A stretch of 64,000 bases of DNA from an uncultured Gammaproteobacteria bacterium (lineage in GTDB: Bacteria; Patescibacteriota; Patescibacteriia; UBA11705; JABHMO01): the NCBI GenBank assembly GCA_964486065.1, contig CAZAKN010000002.1, forward strand, positions 93,452-157,451, written 5' to 3'. Positions 20,215 through 32,644 of the stretch are shown here, one piece after another (the stretch's first letter is position 1; each line of letters opens with the position of its first letter). The translations under genes were made by a program, and so were the position numbers. The notes beneath the pieces are model-generated. The model made no database searches, was not told the DNA's origin, and was given only the letters and a program-made list of their open reading frames with translations.

Positions 20215-20913
20215 ATGGCCGAAAATTTTCAAAGTAAAAAATTGAAAAATATTAAAAATTTGGGAGAATCTTTGCAAGATCTGCGTAAAAAAAAGGGCTA
20301 TTCAGATGGAAAAGCGGCCAAACATTTAAATGTTAATTTAAAATATTTACAAGCCTTGGAAAACTGTGATTATGATAAACTGCCCCCCGACACTTATGTT
20401 CAACAAATCTTAATCAAATACTGCCACTTTCTGGAAATCAACGCCGGCACGGCTATAGCCAAATATCAAAGAGAGAAAAAAAAGTTTGATACGATCAAAC
20501 AAAAAGAATCCGTTAATACTGGTAAAATAAAAAAAATTAACTCTTTCACGAATAAAATTTTGGCGCCCCGAACTTTCAAGTACTTATTGATCGGCTTATT
20601 GATTTGCTTGGTCTTGGGATATTTTCTCTGGGAGATTTACGGTATTATCAGTCCACCGAATTTGATTATTAATCACCCGCGAGAAAACTTCATTTCTCAT
20701 GATCCTGTTGTTGAAATCGCCGGACAAACTGAAAAACACGCTGAAATAAGTATAAATGATCAATTAATATTAGCCGAACAAGATGGCAGTTTCAAGGCTG
20801 AAATTAATTTACAAAAAGGCGTTAATTACATAAAAATTACCAGTCAAAAAAAATACGGTCGAGAAAAATTAATTTATAAACAAATAATCTACGACCCCCT
20901 TGAAGAAAAATAA
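20215..20913 (+). CDS. RodZ-like HTH membrane protein with a C-terminal Ig-like domain
   Basis: [24 protein letters not shown], one TM; ftsK-rodZ-recA synteny. Confidence 0.75.
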   Translation: MAENFQSKKLKNIKNLGESLQDLRKKKGYSDGKAAKHLNVNLKYLQALENCDYDKLPPDTYVQQILIKYCHFLEINAGTAIAKYQREKKKFDTIKQKESVNTGKIKKINSFTNKILAPRTFKYLLIGLLICLVLGYFLWEIYGIISPPNLIINHPRENFISHDPVVEIAGQTEKHAEISINDQLILAEQDGSFKAEINLQKGVNYIKITSQKKYGREKLIYKQIIYDPLEEK

Positions 20914-20936
20914 ACGGAAATTTTCCGATTAAAACT

Positions 20937-21947
20937 ATGAGCAAAAAAAATCCAGAGGAGGACAAAAAACAAATGGCGGCGGAGGACGCTTTGAGTCAAA
21001 TTCGTCAAAAATTCGGTGAAGGAGCCATTATGAAATTGGGGGAAGCCAACACCATGAACATTGAAGCTATTCCCACAGGCAGTATTTCTTTAGATATTGC
21101 TTTGGGAGTTGGTGGCGTACCGAGAGGACGCGTAATTGAAATTTACGGACCGGAATCTTCCGGAAAAACCACTCTGTCTCAACACATCGTGGCGGAAGTA
21201 CAAAAAAACGGCGGAACCGCGGCTTTTGTTGACGCAGAACATGCTCTGGATCCGGAATACGCAAAAAAAATCGGTATCAATATTGACCAACTTTTGATTT
21301 CTCAACCCGATACCGGAGAACAAGCTCTGGAAATCGTTGAAACTTTGGTCAGATCAAACGCCATGGATATTATTGTCGTGGATTCGGTGGCGGCCTTAAC
21401 TCCGCGTGCGGAAATTGAAGGTGAAATGGGAGATTCTCACATGGGACTTCAAGCCAGACTAATGAGCCAAGCTTTAAGAAAATTGACCGCCATTATCGGT
21501 AAAACCAGAACCACGGTTATTTTCATAAACCAAACCAGACAAAAAATCGGCGTAATGTTCGGGAATCCCGAAACCACTACCGGAGGCACGGCTTTAAAGT
21601 TTTACAGCTCAGTCAGAATTGAAGTGCGTCGCGCCGCGCAAATAAAAAAAGGTGACATCACTATCGGCAATCGCGTTAAAGTCAAAGTGGTGAAAAACAA
21701 AGTTGCTCCGCCATTTCAAATTTGCGAGTTTGACATCATGTACAATGAAGGTATTTCCGTAGCCGGTGATGTTTTAGACAAAGGCGTGGAATATGAAATT
21801 ATTAAAAAAGCTGGAAATTCATATTCTTATGGTGAAGAAAAAATGGGAGTAGGCAGAGAAAACGCCAAACAATATCTGCGAGAAAATAAAAAGTTGATGA
21901 ATAAAATCAAAAAGGAAATTTGGCAAGAAGCCACTACTATCAGATAA
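20937..21947 (+). CDS. recA: Recombinase A
   Basis: [26 protein letters not shown]. Confidence 0.99.
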   Translation: MSKKNPEEDKKQMAAEDALSQIRQKFGEGAIMKLGEANTMNIEAIPTGSISLDIALGVGGVPRGRVIEIYGPESSGKTTLSQHIVAEVQKNGGTAAFVDAEHALDPEYAKKIGINIDQLLISQPDTGEQALEIVETLVRSNAMDIIVVDSVAALTPRAEIEGEMGDSHMGLQARLMSQALRKLTAIIGKTRTTVIFINQTRQKIGVMFGNPETTTGGTALKFYSSVRIEVRRAAQIKKGDITIGNRVKVKVVKNKVAPPFQICEFDIMYNEGISVAGDVLDKGVEYEIIKKAGNSYSYGEEKMGVGRENAKQYLRENKKLMNKIKKEIWQEATTIR

Positions 21948-22116
21948 TATTATTGTTATATTGAAAAAGAGGCTCCAAGATGAGCCTCTTTTATTTTTGA
22001 AATTATTTTGACCTGAATAAAGGTTCAAAATGATCCAATTGACCGGCGACTTGATGATTCAAATAGACAGAATCTCGGAACGGCAATTCCGCCAACCAAG
22101 AATTATTAGTATTACT

Positions 22117-22398
22117 CTATGTGGAACAAAATGCTTTAAAATTATCACTAACCGATCTTTTCAGCATAATAATTTCAGACATAAAATAATAAGACGTCAA
22201 ATAGAATACTTCCACCAACGCTTTATATTGCCTCTCCGCAAAAACTCTTTTCAAATAATCAGCCAACATTTTAGCGTTTTTTTCATCATAAATCATATAA
22301 CATATACGCGCATCCTCGCGAGAATAATGATAATTTTTCATCTTTTGAAAATATTCCTCATCACACATTTCGCGTGGAATTTCACATAATACAACCAT
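22117..22398 (-). CDS. Hypothetical protein
   Basis: 93-aa ORF starting 1 nt after the stop of the upstream HTH gene. Confidence 0.55.
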   Translation of the reverse strand: MVVLCEIPREMCDEEYFQKMKNYHYSREDARICYMIYDEKNAKMLADYLKRVFAERQYKALVEVFYLTSYYFMSEIIMLKRSVSDNFKAFCST

Positions 22399-22399
22399 T

Positions 22400-22699
22400 T
22401 CAGAAAATTTCAGCCTCGGGTACGGCTTTTATCAAATTAACGGGATATATTTGTTGGCTAATGTCTTCAAGTTTAATGTCACAAGCGTTTTTTTCAAGGT
22501 ACTCAAGCAACAAATTAGCTGTTTCAAAATCCCCCTGTTCATCTAAAAAACTATAAAAACACCTCAAACGCTTTACCGTGAAAAATGAACCATGATTAAT
22601 CGCTCGCGAAACCGCTTGTCTGCTTATGTTAAAAACCGTAGCGATTTCACTCTGAGTCATATTCAAGTGCTTAAAAATTTCACGATCAAATTTTGACAT
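22400..22699 (-). CDS. Small HTH DNA-binding protein
   Basis: MTQSEIATVFNISRQAVSRAI HTH; GGAGG SD before ATG 22699. Confidence 0.7.
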   Translation of the reverse strand: MSKFDREIFKHLNMTQSEIATVFNISRQAVSRAINHGSFFTVKRLRCFYSFLDEQGDFETANLLLEYLEKNACDIKLEDISQQIYPVNLIKAVPEAEIF

Positions 22700-22824
22700 C
22701 GGTTTATCCTCCAAAAAAGCATTATTGATAAAGTGCATTTTATCTAAAAAATCAAATACCAGTTATTCTGTCAACAAAAAAAGAAAGAGCATTTGCTCTT
22801 TCTTTTTATATTTCACTTTTGACA

Positions 22825-23388
22825 TTATTTTTTTACTCTTTCCACATATTGACCGGTCTCGGTGTTAACTTTAACCATATCACCTTGGTTGATGAATAAA
22901 GGAGCGTTGATTACATGTCCGGTTTCCAAAGTAATTTGTTTATTGGCCGTACCCGCGGTATCACCCTTTACTCCGGGAGCGGCTTCGGTTACCAATAAAT
23001 CAACTTTTGTCGGCAATTGCACGGCTACCGGTTTACTTTCAAAATACAATACATCAACATCCGTTCCGTCTTTTAAAAAATTAATCGCTTGGCCAATATT
23101 TTCTTTGTCCAAACTGAATTGCTCATATGTTTCGGAATTCATAAAATGACCTTGATCACCGTCAACATACAAAAAAGTGGCCTTGCCTCTTTCCAAATCA
23201 GCTTCTTCCATTTTATCATTACCTTTAATGGTTTTTTCCAAAACCGATCCGTCAATCAAATTTTTCAATTTTAAATTTTTAATGGATCCACCGCGTCCCA
23301 CTTGTTTTTGCATGGTCCACACGATGGAATAAGGTTCATTGTTCAATTTAACAACCGCGCCCAATTTTACTTGTGAAATGTCTAACAT
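22825..23388 (-). CDS. efp: Elongation factor P
   Basis: VGRGG loop, PGVKGDTA, LETG..PLFI..VNTETGQYVER. Confidence 0.96.
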   Translation of the reverse strand: MLDISQVKLGAVVKLNNEPYSIVWTMQKQVGRGGSIKNLKLKNLIDGSVLEKTIKGNDKMEEADLERGKATFLYVDGDQGHFMNSETYEQFSLDKENIGQAINFLKDGTDVDVLYFESKPVAVQLPTKVDLLVTEAAPGVKGDTAGTANKQITLETGHVINAPLFINQGDMVKVNTETGQYVERVKK

Positions 23389-23439
23389 ATTTTTCCATTT
23401 ATAAAAGCTCCTCGCAAAGGGGAGCTTTTATTATAAATA

Positions 23440-23664
23440 TTATTTATTGACAAAAGGAATAAACGCCATGATTCTTGCTCTTTTTATTGCCAAAGCGGTT
23501 TTTCTTTGATGCTTGGCGCAGAGCTTACTTCTTTTTCTGGCTCTAATTTTACCGTATGAAGATAAAAATTTTCTCAAAGTCATGGCATCTTTGTAATCAA
23601 CATCCTTTATCCCATTCACGCAAAAATAACATTTCTTTACTTTTTGATTGATACTGGTTCGCAT
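23440..23664 (-). CDS. rpsR: 30S ribosomal protein S18
   Basis: CYFC..DYKD..GKI..CAKHQR..AIKRAR. Confidence 0.96.
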   Translation of the reverse strand: MRTSINQKVKKCYFCVNGIKDVDYKDAMTLRKFLSSYGKIRARKRSKLCAKHQRKTALAIKRARIMAFIPFVNK

Positions 23665-23685
23665 ATTTAATATTACTTTAATTTA

Positions 23686-24162
23686 TTAAAACGGAATATT
23701 TTCCACGGTTATATCATCATCATCATCTTTTTTATCTTTCATTTCTCCTCCTTCCGAAGGTAATTCCGTATTGGGCATATTGGAATTCATGCCACTGGCC
23801 ACGGGGGCTCCACCTTGAGATCCCTGTCCGCCTGAACGACTGTCCAACATGATCAAATTATCGGCTACAATTTCGGTTCTTTGTCTTTTTACGCCATCTT
23901 GACCTTCCCATTCTCTGGTCTGCAAACGACCTTCAACAAAAACCTTACTACCCTTTTTGCAATATTGACCGATTATTTCCGCTAATTTTCTCCAAGCTAC
24001 TATATTATGATATTCTACTCTTTCTTGTTTTTGTCCATCAGCGCCCGTCCAAACGAAATTGGTGGCCACGCCGAAAGAAGTAACAGTTGCTCCTTGCGGA
24101 GTATTTCTAACTTCTGGATCTCTGGTCAATCTCCCGATGATTTGTGCTCTATTTAAGTCCAT
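23686..24162 (-). CDS. ssb: Single-stranded DNA-binding protein
   Basis: IGRLTRDPE, EGRLQTR, C-terminal IPF. Confidence 0.97.
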   Translation of the reverse strand: MDLNRAQIIGRLTRDPEVRNTPQGATVTSFGVATNFVWTGADGQKQERVEYHNIVAWRKLAEIIGQYCKKGSKVFVEGRLQTREWEGQDGVKRQRTEIVADNLIMLDSRSGGQGSQGGAPVASGMNSNMPNTELPSEGGEMKDKKDDDDDITVENIPF

Positions 24163-24192
24163 AAAACTTTAAGTTATTGATTAGTTGCTTTA

Positions 24193-24849
24193 TTAAAGCA
24201 TATCATCTGTTAAAATTTTATCCAACTTTTCATCCAATTCACTGATGTCAGCATCTTTGCTTTTCTTTACTTCCTCTTCCGATTTTTTGTCCGCGACCTT
24301 TTCTGGCTTATCTTCAGAATCGGTTTGTTTTTCTTTAGCTACTTTTTGTTCAGGAAAACTTTCTTGCTTTGATTCTTCTTGTTCCGCTTCTTCGACTTTT
24401 TCTTCTTTACTTTCAATCAAAGAATCATCGGCCTTTTTCTTTTCTTCTTTTTTCTTAACGCTCAATCCCGCCTCTTCGTCCAATTTTGATAATTCCTCTT
24501 CTTTTTGCTGACGCATTCTTTCTTTAATCCTTGCTTCTTTGTCTAATTCTTCCGGAGTTTTAATTTTTTTCTTGATGATTAAATGGCGTAAAATTTTATC
24601 TTCCAATTTCATTTGAGCATCCAGCTCTTTCATGTTTTCGCCCGCCATGTCAAACTCTAAAACAACATAAGTTCCTTGATGGACATTGTTGATGGGATAA
24701 GCCAATCTTTGAGCTCCCAAAATTTCATCATGAGTAATTTCCCCTCCATTTTCTTTGATTAACTTGACCACACCATCTTGCACTTTTTGCAATTCCCCTT
24801 CCAAGTATTTGATGGGGACGATGTAGCAAAGCTCGTAATGTTGTTGCAT
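24193..24849 (-). CDS. rpsF: 30S ribosomal protein S6 with a long charged C-terminal extension
   Basis: HYELCYI..G.QRLAYPI..ILRHLI; rpsF-ssb-rpsR operon. Confidence 0.93.
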   Translation of the reverse strand: MQQHYELCYIVPIKYLEGELQKVQDGVVKLIKENGGEITHDEILGAQRLAYPINNVHQGTYVVLEFDMAGENMKELDAQMKLEDKILRHLIIKKKIKTPEELDKEARIKERMRQQKEEELSKLDEEAGLSVKKKEEKKKADDSLIESKEEKVEEAEQEESKQESFPEQKVAKEKQTDSEDKPEKVADKKSEEEVKKSKDADISELDEKLDKILTDDML

Positions 24850-24857
24850 AATTCTTT

Positions 24858-24929
24858 AAATCTTTGTAATTCAACGATTTTGACAATTGCTGAATCAATG
24901 GACGAGTTAATTCTAACCCGCAAAGATTT
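24858..24929 (-). promoter_or_regulatory. Structured rpsF leader (possible S6:S18 autoregulatory element)
   Basis: AAATCTTTG/CAAAGATTT closing stem with two inner hairpins just before the ATG. Confidence 0.5.
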
Positions 24930-25120
24930 TTATTTATTTAGTGCCAACATATTATCATAAAGTATTAATTTTGGCAATATTTGCGTAATTTTAAACTGAA
25001 AATGAAATTTTAGGATAAAATATAGACACTTATCAAAACTAATGCTATAATTCTTTCAGCTAGTTTAGATAATTAAACTAGCATTTTTTATCTCTAATTA
25101 TTAATAATTTTTTTAACAAT

Positions 25121-26554
25121 ATGGCGGAACTAGGTATTAAAACCGTAATTAAACAAATTTGTGCGGAAAAAAATCTTGACGAAGACGCAGTAGTGGAAAC
25201 AATTAATTCAGCTTTGGCGGCAGCTTATCGTAAAGATTTCGGTGAAAAAAATCAAAATATTCAAGCTGATTTTAATCTGGATACTGGAGAAATCAAAGTT
25301 TTTGATGTAAAAACGGTCGTGGAAGATTTAACCGAAGAAGAATTGGCGGCCATTGAAAAATTAAAACAAGAAAGAGAAGACTTGCGTGAAGCTCTGGAAA
25401 AAGGAGCAATAACTCCTCAGGAATATAAAGAAAAACAAGAAGAACAAAAAGCCGAAGCGGATCAAAAAGAAGCGGAATCTGAAGAAGAAATCCGTAAATT
25501 CAATCCGCGAACGGAAATCCAAATTTCAGAAGCGAAAAAAATCAATAAAAAATACGAACTGGAAGATGAAGTAAAAACCGAACTTGATATCCCCGGAGAA
25601 TTCGGACGCATGGCTGCTCAGACCGCCAAACAAGTAATCATACAAAGATTGCGTGAAGCGGAAAGAAATGTTATCTATCAACAATTCAAAGAGCGCGAAG
25701 GAGAAATTCTTATCGGCATTGTGCAAAAAATTGAAGGACGCAATGTTATCATTGATATTGAAAAAGCTGCCGCTGTCTTACCTCCGCAAGAACAAATCCG
25801 CAACGAAAGATATCGTATCGGCGATAAAGTTAAAGTATATTTGCTGGGTGTTAACATGACCACTCGCGGACCTGAAATAATTGTTTCACGAGCCCATCCG
25901 GAAATCGTAAAACAATTATTCACTTTGGAAATTCCTGAAATTCAAAATGATATTATTGAAATCCAAGGAATCGCCCGCGAAGCGGGATCCCGCACCAAAA
26001 TCGCCGTTCACACCGACGACGAAAGTATTGATCCCATCGGCTCATGTATCGGTCAGCGCGGGGCACGCATTCAAACCATAATTCAAGAATTAAACGGAGA
26101 AAAAATTGATATTATTGAATATGACGAAGATCCCGTGAAATACATTATCAATTCTTTATTACCGGCAAAAATAACTTCCGTGGAAATCAACGAAGAAGAT
26201 AAAACCGCTTCCGTTACCGTCCCGCAAGATCAATTATCTTTAACTATCGGACGCGGAGGACAAAATGTCCGCTTGGCTTCCAAGATAACCGGCTGGAAAC
26301 TTAGTATCAAAGAACAAGAAACCGGAAAAGAAATCAGCGAAGATGAAATAAGTGGCGACAAATCAACTAAAAACAAAGAAGAACAGGAAACCTCTACGAC
26401 AATGGAACAAAAAAATGACACCGACTCTGATAAATCAGAAACAGCCGACAAAGAATCGGAACAAAAAGAGGACGCTAATAAAAAACCGGAAAGTGAAGAT
26501 AAGCCGGAAGAAAAGCCGGCGAAACCCGAAGCAAAAAAAGACGAAAAAAAATAA
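25121..26554 (+). CDS. nusA: Transcription termination/antitermination factor NusA
   Basis: FGRMAAQTAKQVIIQRLREAER, S1 and KH domains (AREAGSRTKIAV, CIGQRG). Confidence 0.96.
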   Translation: MAELGIKTVIKQICAEKNLDEDAVVETINSALAAAYRKDFGEKNQNIQADFNLDTGEIKVFDVKTVVEDLTEEELAAIEKLKQEREDLREALEKGAITPQEYKEKQEEQKAEADQKEAESEEEIRKFNPRTEIQISEAKKINKKYELEDEVKTELDIPGEFGRMAAQTAKQVIIQRLREAERNVIYQQFKEREGEILIGIVQKIEGRNVIIDIEKAAAVLPPQEQIRNERYRIGDKVKVYLLGVNMTTRGPEIIVSRAHPEIVKQLFTLEIPEIQNDIIEIQGIAREAGSRTKIAVHTDDESIDPIGSCIGQRGARIQTIIQELNGEKIDIIEYDEDPVKYIINSLLPAKITSVEINEEDKTASVTVPQDQLSLTIGRGGQNVRLASKITGWKLSIKEQETGKEISEDEISGDKSTKNKEEQETSTTMEQKNDTDSDKSETADKESEQKEDANKKPESEDKPEEKPAKPEAKKDEKK

Positions 26555-26570
26555 AACATAAAATTTCACT

Positions 26571-27413
26571 ATGACGGAATTATTCAACACTATATTATTT
26601 GAACCGGTTTTTAATTTATTGATCTGGCTTTACAATGTTCTTCCGGGGAATGATATCGGCCTAGCGATTGTTATTTTAACGGTTATCATAAAAATCATCT
26701 TGTTGCCTTTTGCGGTGCAAGCGATTAAATCGCAAAAAGCCATGCAAGATTTACAGCCGAAATTAACCAAATTAAAAAAGCAATATAAAGATGATAAGGA
26801 AGCGCTGGCGCGTGAAACCATGAATCTTTACAAAGAACAAAAGGTTAATCCCCTTTCTTCTTGTTTGCCGATTTTGATTCAATTACCTTTTTTAATCGCG
26901 GTTTATCAAGCTTTTAGACACGGTTTGGCCTCCACTCACATGGATCAACTGTATTCATTTGTCGCCAATCCAGGGCATGTCAATACTGTTTCCTATAATT
27001 TAATTGATTTGGCCGCGCCCAGCGCCTTATTGGCCGTTTTAGCCGGTTTGGCGCAATATTTGCAAGCAAAACTTCTCCCCAAAGCTAAACCAAAAGTGGA
27101 AAACCCAGGAGCTAATGATGAAAAGATGTTGGCCAATGTCAATACTTCCATGATGTACTTCATGCCCGTTATGACGGTCTTGATCGGCATGCAACTGCCT
27201 GCCGGCTTAACACTTTATTGGTTTATAACCACGCTTTTAACCGCCTTACAACAATTATTCATGTTCAGAAAAAAGAAAAACTCTGATTCAAATAATCCGG
27301 AAATCATCCCCCCGAAAGACAAAGCCGACAAATGGCAGAAAGAAAATTCACCGGCAAATCCCGCTAAAAAAACGGAGGATAAAACTCTGGACGATCAAAA
27401 ACTACTTAAATAG
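26571..27413 (+). CDS. yidC: Membrane protein insertase YidC (short form)
   Basis: GLAIVILT..K..LLP, NPLSSCLPILIQLP, PAGLTLYW. Confidence 0.92.
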   Translation: MTELFNTILFEPVFNLLIWLYNVLPGNDIGLAIVILTVIIKIILLPFAVQAIKSQKAMQDLQPKLTKLKKQYKDDKEALARETMNLYKEQKVNPLSSCLPILIQLPFLIAVYQAFRHGLASTHMDQLYSFVANPGHVNTVSYNLIDLAAPSALLAVLAGLAQYLQAKLLPKAKPKVENPGANDEKMLANVNTSMMYFMPVMTVLIGMQLPAGLTLYWFITTLLTALQQLFMFRKKKNSDSNNPEIIPPKDKADKWQKENSPANPAKKTEDKTLDDQKLLK

Positions 27414-27414
27414 T

Positions 27415-27720
27415 ATGCGACTCAACCTCCGTGAAATATTAAATTACCGAGTTCAAACCGAATCAGGAGATTGCTTAGGAAAAATTTCGGATATTAAAAT
27501 TGATTTGCAATATCATGAAGTTAAAAATTATTTATCTTCATCAAACGGTCTACTGACAAAAAACAAACGCTTTTTTATCCCCCCCGAGCAAATCATAAAA
27601 TTGGATTATAACCGGAAAATTATGATCGTTAAAGACGCTTTGATAAACAACCGAGAACTGGGCAAAACTCCGAATCCCGCAACCGATTCCGCGCCGGTTT
27701 TAAATTGTCACGGCAAATAA
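27415..27720 (+). CDS. PRC-barrel domain protein
   Basis: V.TESGDCLGKISDIKID. Confidence 0.75.
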   Translation: MRLNLREILNYRVQTESGDCLGKISDIKIDLQYHEVKNYLSSSNGLLTKNKRFFIPPEQIIKLDYNRKIMIVKDALINNRELGKTPNPATDSAPVLNCHGK

Positions 27721-27724
27721 ACTT

Positions 27725-28630
27725 ATGAATCAAATCGCCGATGCCCTCATCAAAACTATCAAATATTTTGATTTGTTTAACTATCCTCTCAGCAAATTGG
27801 AGCTTTATGATTATTTATGGCTAAATGAAAAAACAAGCTTTAAGGATTTTTCCGAACAGCTGAATATTTTGCTCACTAATTCCCTTGAAACCGATCAAGG
27901 GTTTTATTATTTAACCGGTAGAAAAGAAATTGTAACCGTAAGAAAACAAAGATACCTTGAATTCAAACGCAAAACCGATGATGCTTGGCCGTATTTAAAA
28001 CTGCTCAGTCGCTTACCTTTCATCAAAGCGATTTTTTTGTGCAACAATTTGGCTTATCAAAATGCCACAGCTTCAAGTGATATTGATTTGGTCATTATAA
28101 CTTCGGCTAATAAACTCTGGACATCTCGTTTCTGGGCGTCGGGAATACTGAAAATGTTGGATAAAAGACCTCGCCCCGGCCAACAAGCAAACACTCTTTG
28201 TTTAAGTTTTTGGGCGGATGAAAACAATCTGAACTTCCAAAGTCTGGCCTACCCTGATGATATTCACTTTATTTATTGGCTTAATCTTTTTCTACCTGTT
28301 TACGATCCTGAGAATTACACCGAAAAACTTTTTCAAGCTAATCTCTGGAGCGGTGAATACTTGGCAAACAGACCGAAACAAGAAACAAATGCCAAATTAA
28401 TCATTGAACATCATTCATCTTTAAAAAGACTATCGCAATTGCTTTTCAGACCCGACTTGGCGGAAAATCTTTTGAAATCTTTTCAATTAAAAATTATGCC
28501 GGATTCCATTAAATTGCCGGCTGAAGAAAAAAATCGTGATGTGGTAATAAAAAACGGTTTACTGAAACTTCATTTAAGAGATAATCGTTTGGAAATCAAA
28601 AATAAATGGCAATATTTATGCAAAAACTGA
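27725..28630 (+). CDS. Hypothetical protein with a Pol-beta-like nucleotidyltransferase motif
   Basis: LPFIKAIFLCNNLA..SSDIDLVII. Confidence 0.6.
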   Translation: MNQIADALIKTIKYFDLFNYPLSKLELYDYLWLNEKTSFKDFSEQLNILLTNSLETDQGFYYLTGRKEIVTVRKQRYLEFKRKTDDAWPYLKLLSRLPFIKAIFLCNNLAYQNATASSDIDLVIITSANKLWTSRFWASGILKMLDKRPRPGQQANTLCLSFWADENNLNFQSLAYPDDIHFIYWLNLFLPVYDPENYTEKLFQANLWSGEYLANRPKQETNAKLIIEHHSSLKRLSQLLFRPDLAENLLKSFQLKIMPDSIKLPAEEKNRDVVIKNGLLKLHLRDNRLEIKNKWQYLCKN

Positions 28631-29913
28631 AATCAACAATTCAATGGTTAATTTATTTATTAATTTTTCTAATCCCTTGGCAAACCCGATGGGTTTATGA
28701 AAGCCGAAAATTAAACGGGTATTTCTGGGAATACGGTAGCTCTTCACTTTATGTTACGGAAATTTTGATCGGCTTTATCATGCTTTTATGCATCATTTAC
28801 ACTGTCGGCTTAATTAAAAGTAAAAAACAAAAACCCAAACAAAATTTGCACGCTTGGTTGCTTTTTTTCGCGATCGTGACCGCTTTGGTGTCCAATCTTT
28901 TTGCCGCTCTTAATCCGGCTTTGGCTTGGCTCAAGATTTCACAAATCATTTTAGCGGTCGCTTTGATTTTTTGCATATTATTAATCAAACCGGATCGTAG
29001 CAAAGCGACTTTACTTTTAATCTTGGCCGCCAGCGTTCAAAGCATTTTGGCAATTCAACAATTTGTTACTCAACAAGTTTACGCCAATAAATGGCTGGGA
29101 ATGGCCGCCCAATCACCGGAAAATCTTGGCGTACCCGTGGTGGAAACCGTAGGGGGGCGCTGGTTGCGCGCTTTCGGCTCTCTCCCCCATCCCAATATGT
29201 TGGCGGGGTTTTTGGCTTTGTCCGTTATTCTTATCGTTGGTATGAGCGCTTTGGCAAAACATCCAAAGTGGCAAAAATTTTTACCTCTGGCTTTTTCTCT
29301 AAATTTCATCGGTCTGATGACTACTTTATCGCGCGGTGCGGTAATCAGCTTGGCGATCGGTTTGGTGATTTTTTCTTTTCTGGCAAAAAACAAACAGGAA
29401 CTCTCCCGAAAAATCACCAAATTCAGCTTATTGGCTTTAATAATCTTTATTCTATTCACCATTTCTTTTCCGGGTTTGATCGGACAAAGAGTGTCCGGGC
29501 AAAATCGTCTGGAAAATATTTCCAATCATGAACGATTGTCTCAATACGAAACGGCTTGGCAAATCATCAAAGCTCGTCCTTTGACCGGCGTTGGGTTGGG
29601 CAATTACACTTACGCTTCACATCTGCTGAAACCCGCTTTGCCGGCCTATGCCCACCCCCCTGTTCACAACGCCTATGTTCTTCTTATCGCGGAATTGGGA
29701 TTGCCCGCCATCATGCTCTTGATTTTTTTGATTTTTATTGTAATAAAGTGTTTAATAAAAAAACACCGAGACAGCTTTAAAATTATGTTCTGCTGCGCAG
29801 GGCTCACCTTGGGAATGACAGCGCTTTTTGATCATTATTTATTTAGTTTATGGTTTGGAATCTTAATTGTCGCTGTCATTATCGGTTTTAATTTATTACC
29901 GGAAAAAGAATAA
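28606..29913 (+). CDS. O-antigen ligase/Wzy_C family membrane protein
   Basis: Multi-TM; RAFGSLPHPN, LSRGA, GVGLGNY, HNAY..AELG. Confidence 0.85.
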   Translation: MAIFMQKLKSTIQWLIYLLIFLIPWQTRWVYESRKLNGYFWEYGSSSLYVTEILIGFIMLLCIIYTVGLIKSKKQKPKQNLHAWLLFFAIVTALVSNLFAALNPALAWLKISQIILAVALIFCILLIKPDRSKATLLLILAASVQSILAIQQFVTQQVYANKWLGMAAQSPENLGVPVVETVGGRWLRAFGSLPHPNMLAGFLALSVILIVGMSALAKHPKWQKFLPLAFSLNFIGLMTTLSRGAVISLAIGLVIFSFLAKNKQELSRKITKFSLLALIIFILFTISFPGLIGQRVSGQNRLENISNHERLSQYETAWQIIKARPLTGVGLGNYTYASHLLKPALPAYAHPPVHNAYVLLIAELGLPAIMLLIFLIFIVIKCLIKKHRDSFKIMFCCAGLTLGMTALFDHYLFSLWFGILIVAVIIGFNLLPEKE

Positions 29914-29940
29914 ATTTATTCAATTAAAAAAGGCTTACCC

Positions 29941-30417
29941 TCACGGATAAGCCTCACAAAAAGTAAGTTTTTTCTTACTTTTTGTTTTGTATTCGTAGCG
30001 ATAATAAAGTAATAACATGATATAAACTCTTTTAGCCTTTTTCAAATCAATGTTTAATCCTTGAGCCAAGGTTGTGGGTGGATCACATTTATGTTGCCAA
30101 GCCACTTTGAGCAACCGCAAAGCGTCTACCAAACAATCTTGCTCATTAACTCCAAAAGGCACCACTTCCGTTTTGAAAAACACCTTTTCACGGTAGTAAT
30201 GCAAAGATCCTGATTGCGCAAATACCAGATGCAAATATCCCTGATGAAATTTCTCTTCTTGATCAATCAATATTTCCAAACACTTTTCTTGAAATTGCCA
30301 AGGCACGATGAAACGAACAAGACCTTTGCCGTAATCTACTCTTTCTTGCTCGCTGAGTTTCATCAAATTATCATTTTTATCGTAATAAATGAACAAATCT
30401 TGAAATTCTTGTCGCAT
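29941..30417 (-). CDS. Hypothetical protein
   Basis: 158-aa ORF with a GGAGG SD. Confidence 0.65.
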   Translation of the reverse strand: MRQEFQDLFIYYDKNDNLMKLSEQERVDYGKGLVRFIVPWQFQEKCLEILIDQEEKFHQGYLHLVFAQSGSLHYYREKVFFKTEVVPFGVNEQDCLVDALRLLKVAWQHKCDPPTTLAQGLNIDLKKAKRVYIMLLLYYRYEYKTKSKKKLTFCEAYP

Positions 30418-30484
30418 GGCTTTCCTCCATTTAACATAATAATATTAATAACATATTATACCAATTACCACAAACCAAAATAAC

Positions 30485-30512
30485 TTGACGAGGTATTGGC
30501 TTTTGTTATAAG
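30485..30512 (+). promoter_or_regulatory. groESL promoter
   Basis: TTGACG-N16-TATAAG with extended TG. Confidence 0.6.
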
Positions 30513-30525
30513 ATATTTAATGTAA

Positions 30526-30552
30526 TTAGCACTCGCGACATAAGAGTGCTAA
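30526..30552. promoter_or_regulatory. CIRCE element (HrcA operator)
   Basis: Perfect TTAGCACTC-N9-GAGTGCTAA upstream of groES. Confidence 0.97.
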
Positions 30553-30628
30553 GTAATGTTTAATAATAATTTAATGATTTTCCGCAGAAACACTTTATTG
30601 TTCCTCGGAATAATCACCTTTTACCAAT

Positions 30629-30916
30629 ATGTTAAAACCTCTTCATGATCATGTAGTGGTAAAACCTTTAACAGAAGATGAAAAAACATCTTCAGGAATC
30701 ATTCTGCCGGATACGGCTTCAAAAGAAAAACCGGAAAAAGGAGAAGTTATCGCCGTGGGTGAAGGTAAGTTGATGGACAACGGACAACGCTCCCCCATGT
30801 CCGTCAAAAAGGGAGATAAAGTTATCTTTACCAAATATTCACCCAATGAAATAAAGATTGAAGATCAAGAATATTTGGTCTTAAGTGAATCAGATATTTT
30901 AGCGGTTATTGAATAA
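30629..30916 (+). CDS. groES: Co-chaperonin GroES
   Basis: LKPLHDHVVV..GIILPD..G.VIAVGEG. Confidence 0.98.
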   Translation: MLKPLHDHVVVKPLTEDEKTSSGIILPDTASKEKPEKGEVIAVGEGKLMDNGQRSPMSVKKGDKVIFTKYSPNEIKIEDQEYLVLSESDILAVIE

Positions 30917-30941
30917 TTGAACTCAAAATAATTAATTGTAA

Positions 30942-32600
<1,659 letters not shown>

Positions 32601-32644
32601 TATCAATACGCATATAAAAAAGAGGCGGATTTTTTCCGCCTCTT

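Noticed and set aside
30429-30456. dif site (perfect XerD-type arm TTATGTTAAAT on the minus strand)
   Set aside because: The XerC arm does not match, the context is very AT-rich, and parS sites imply origin proximity
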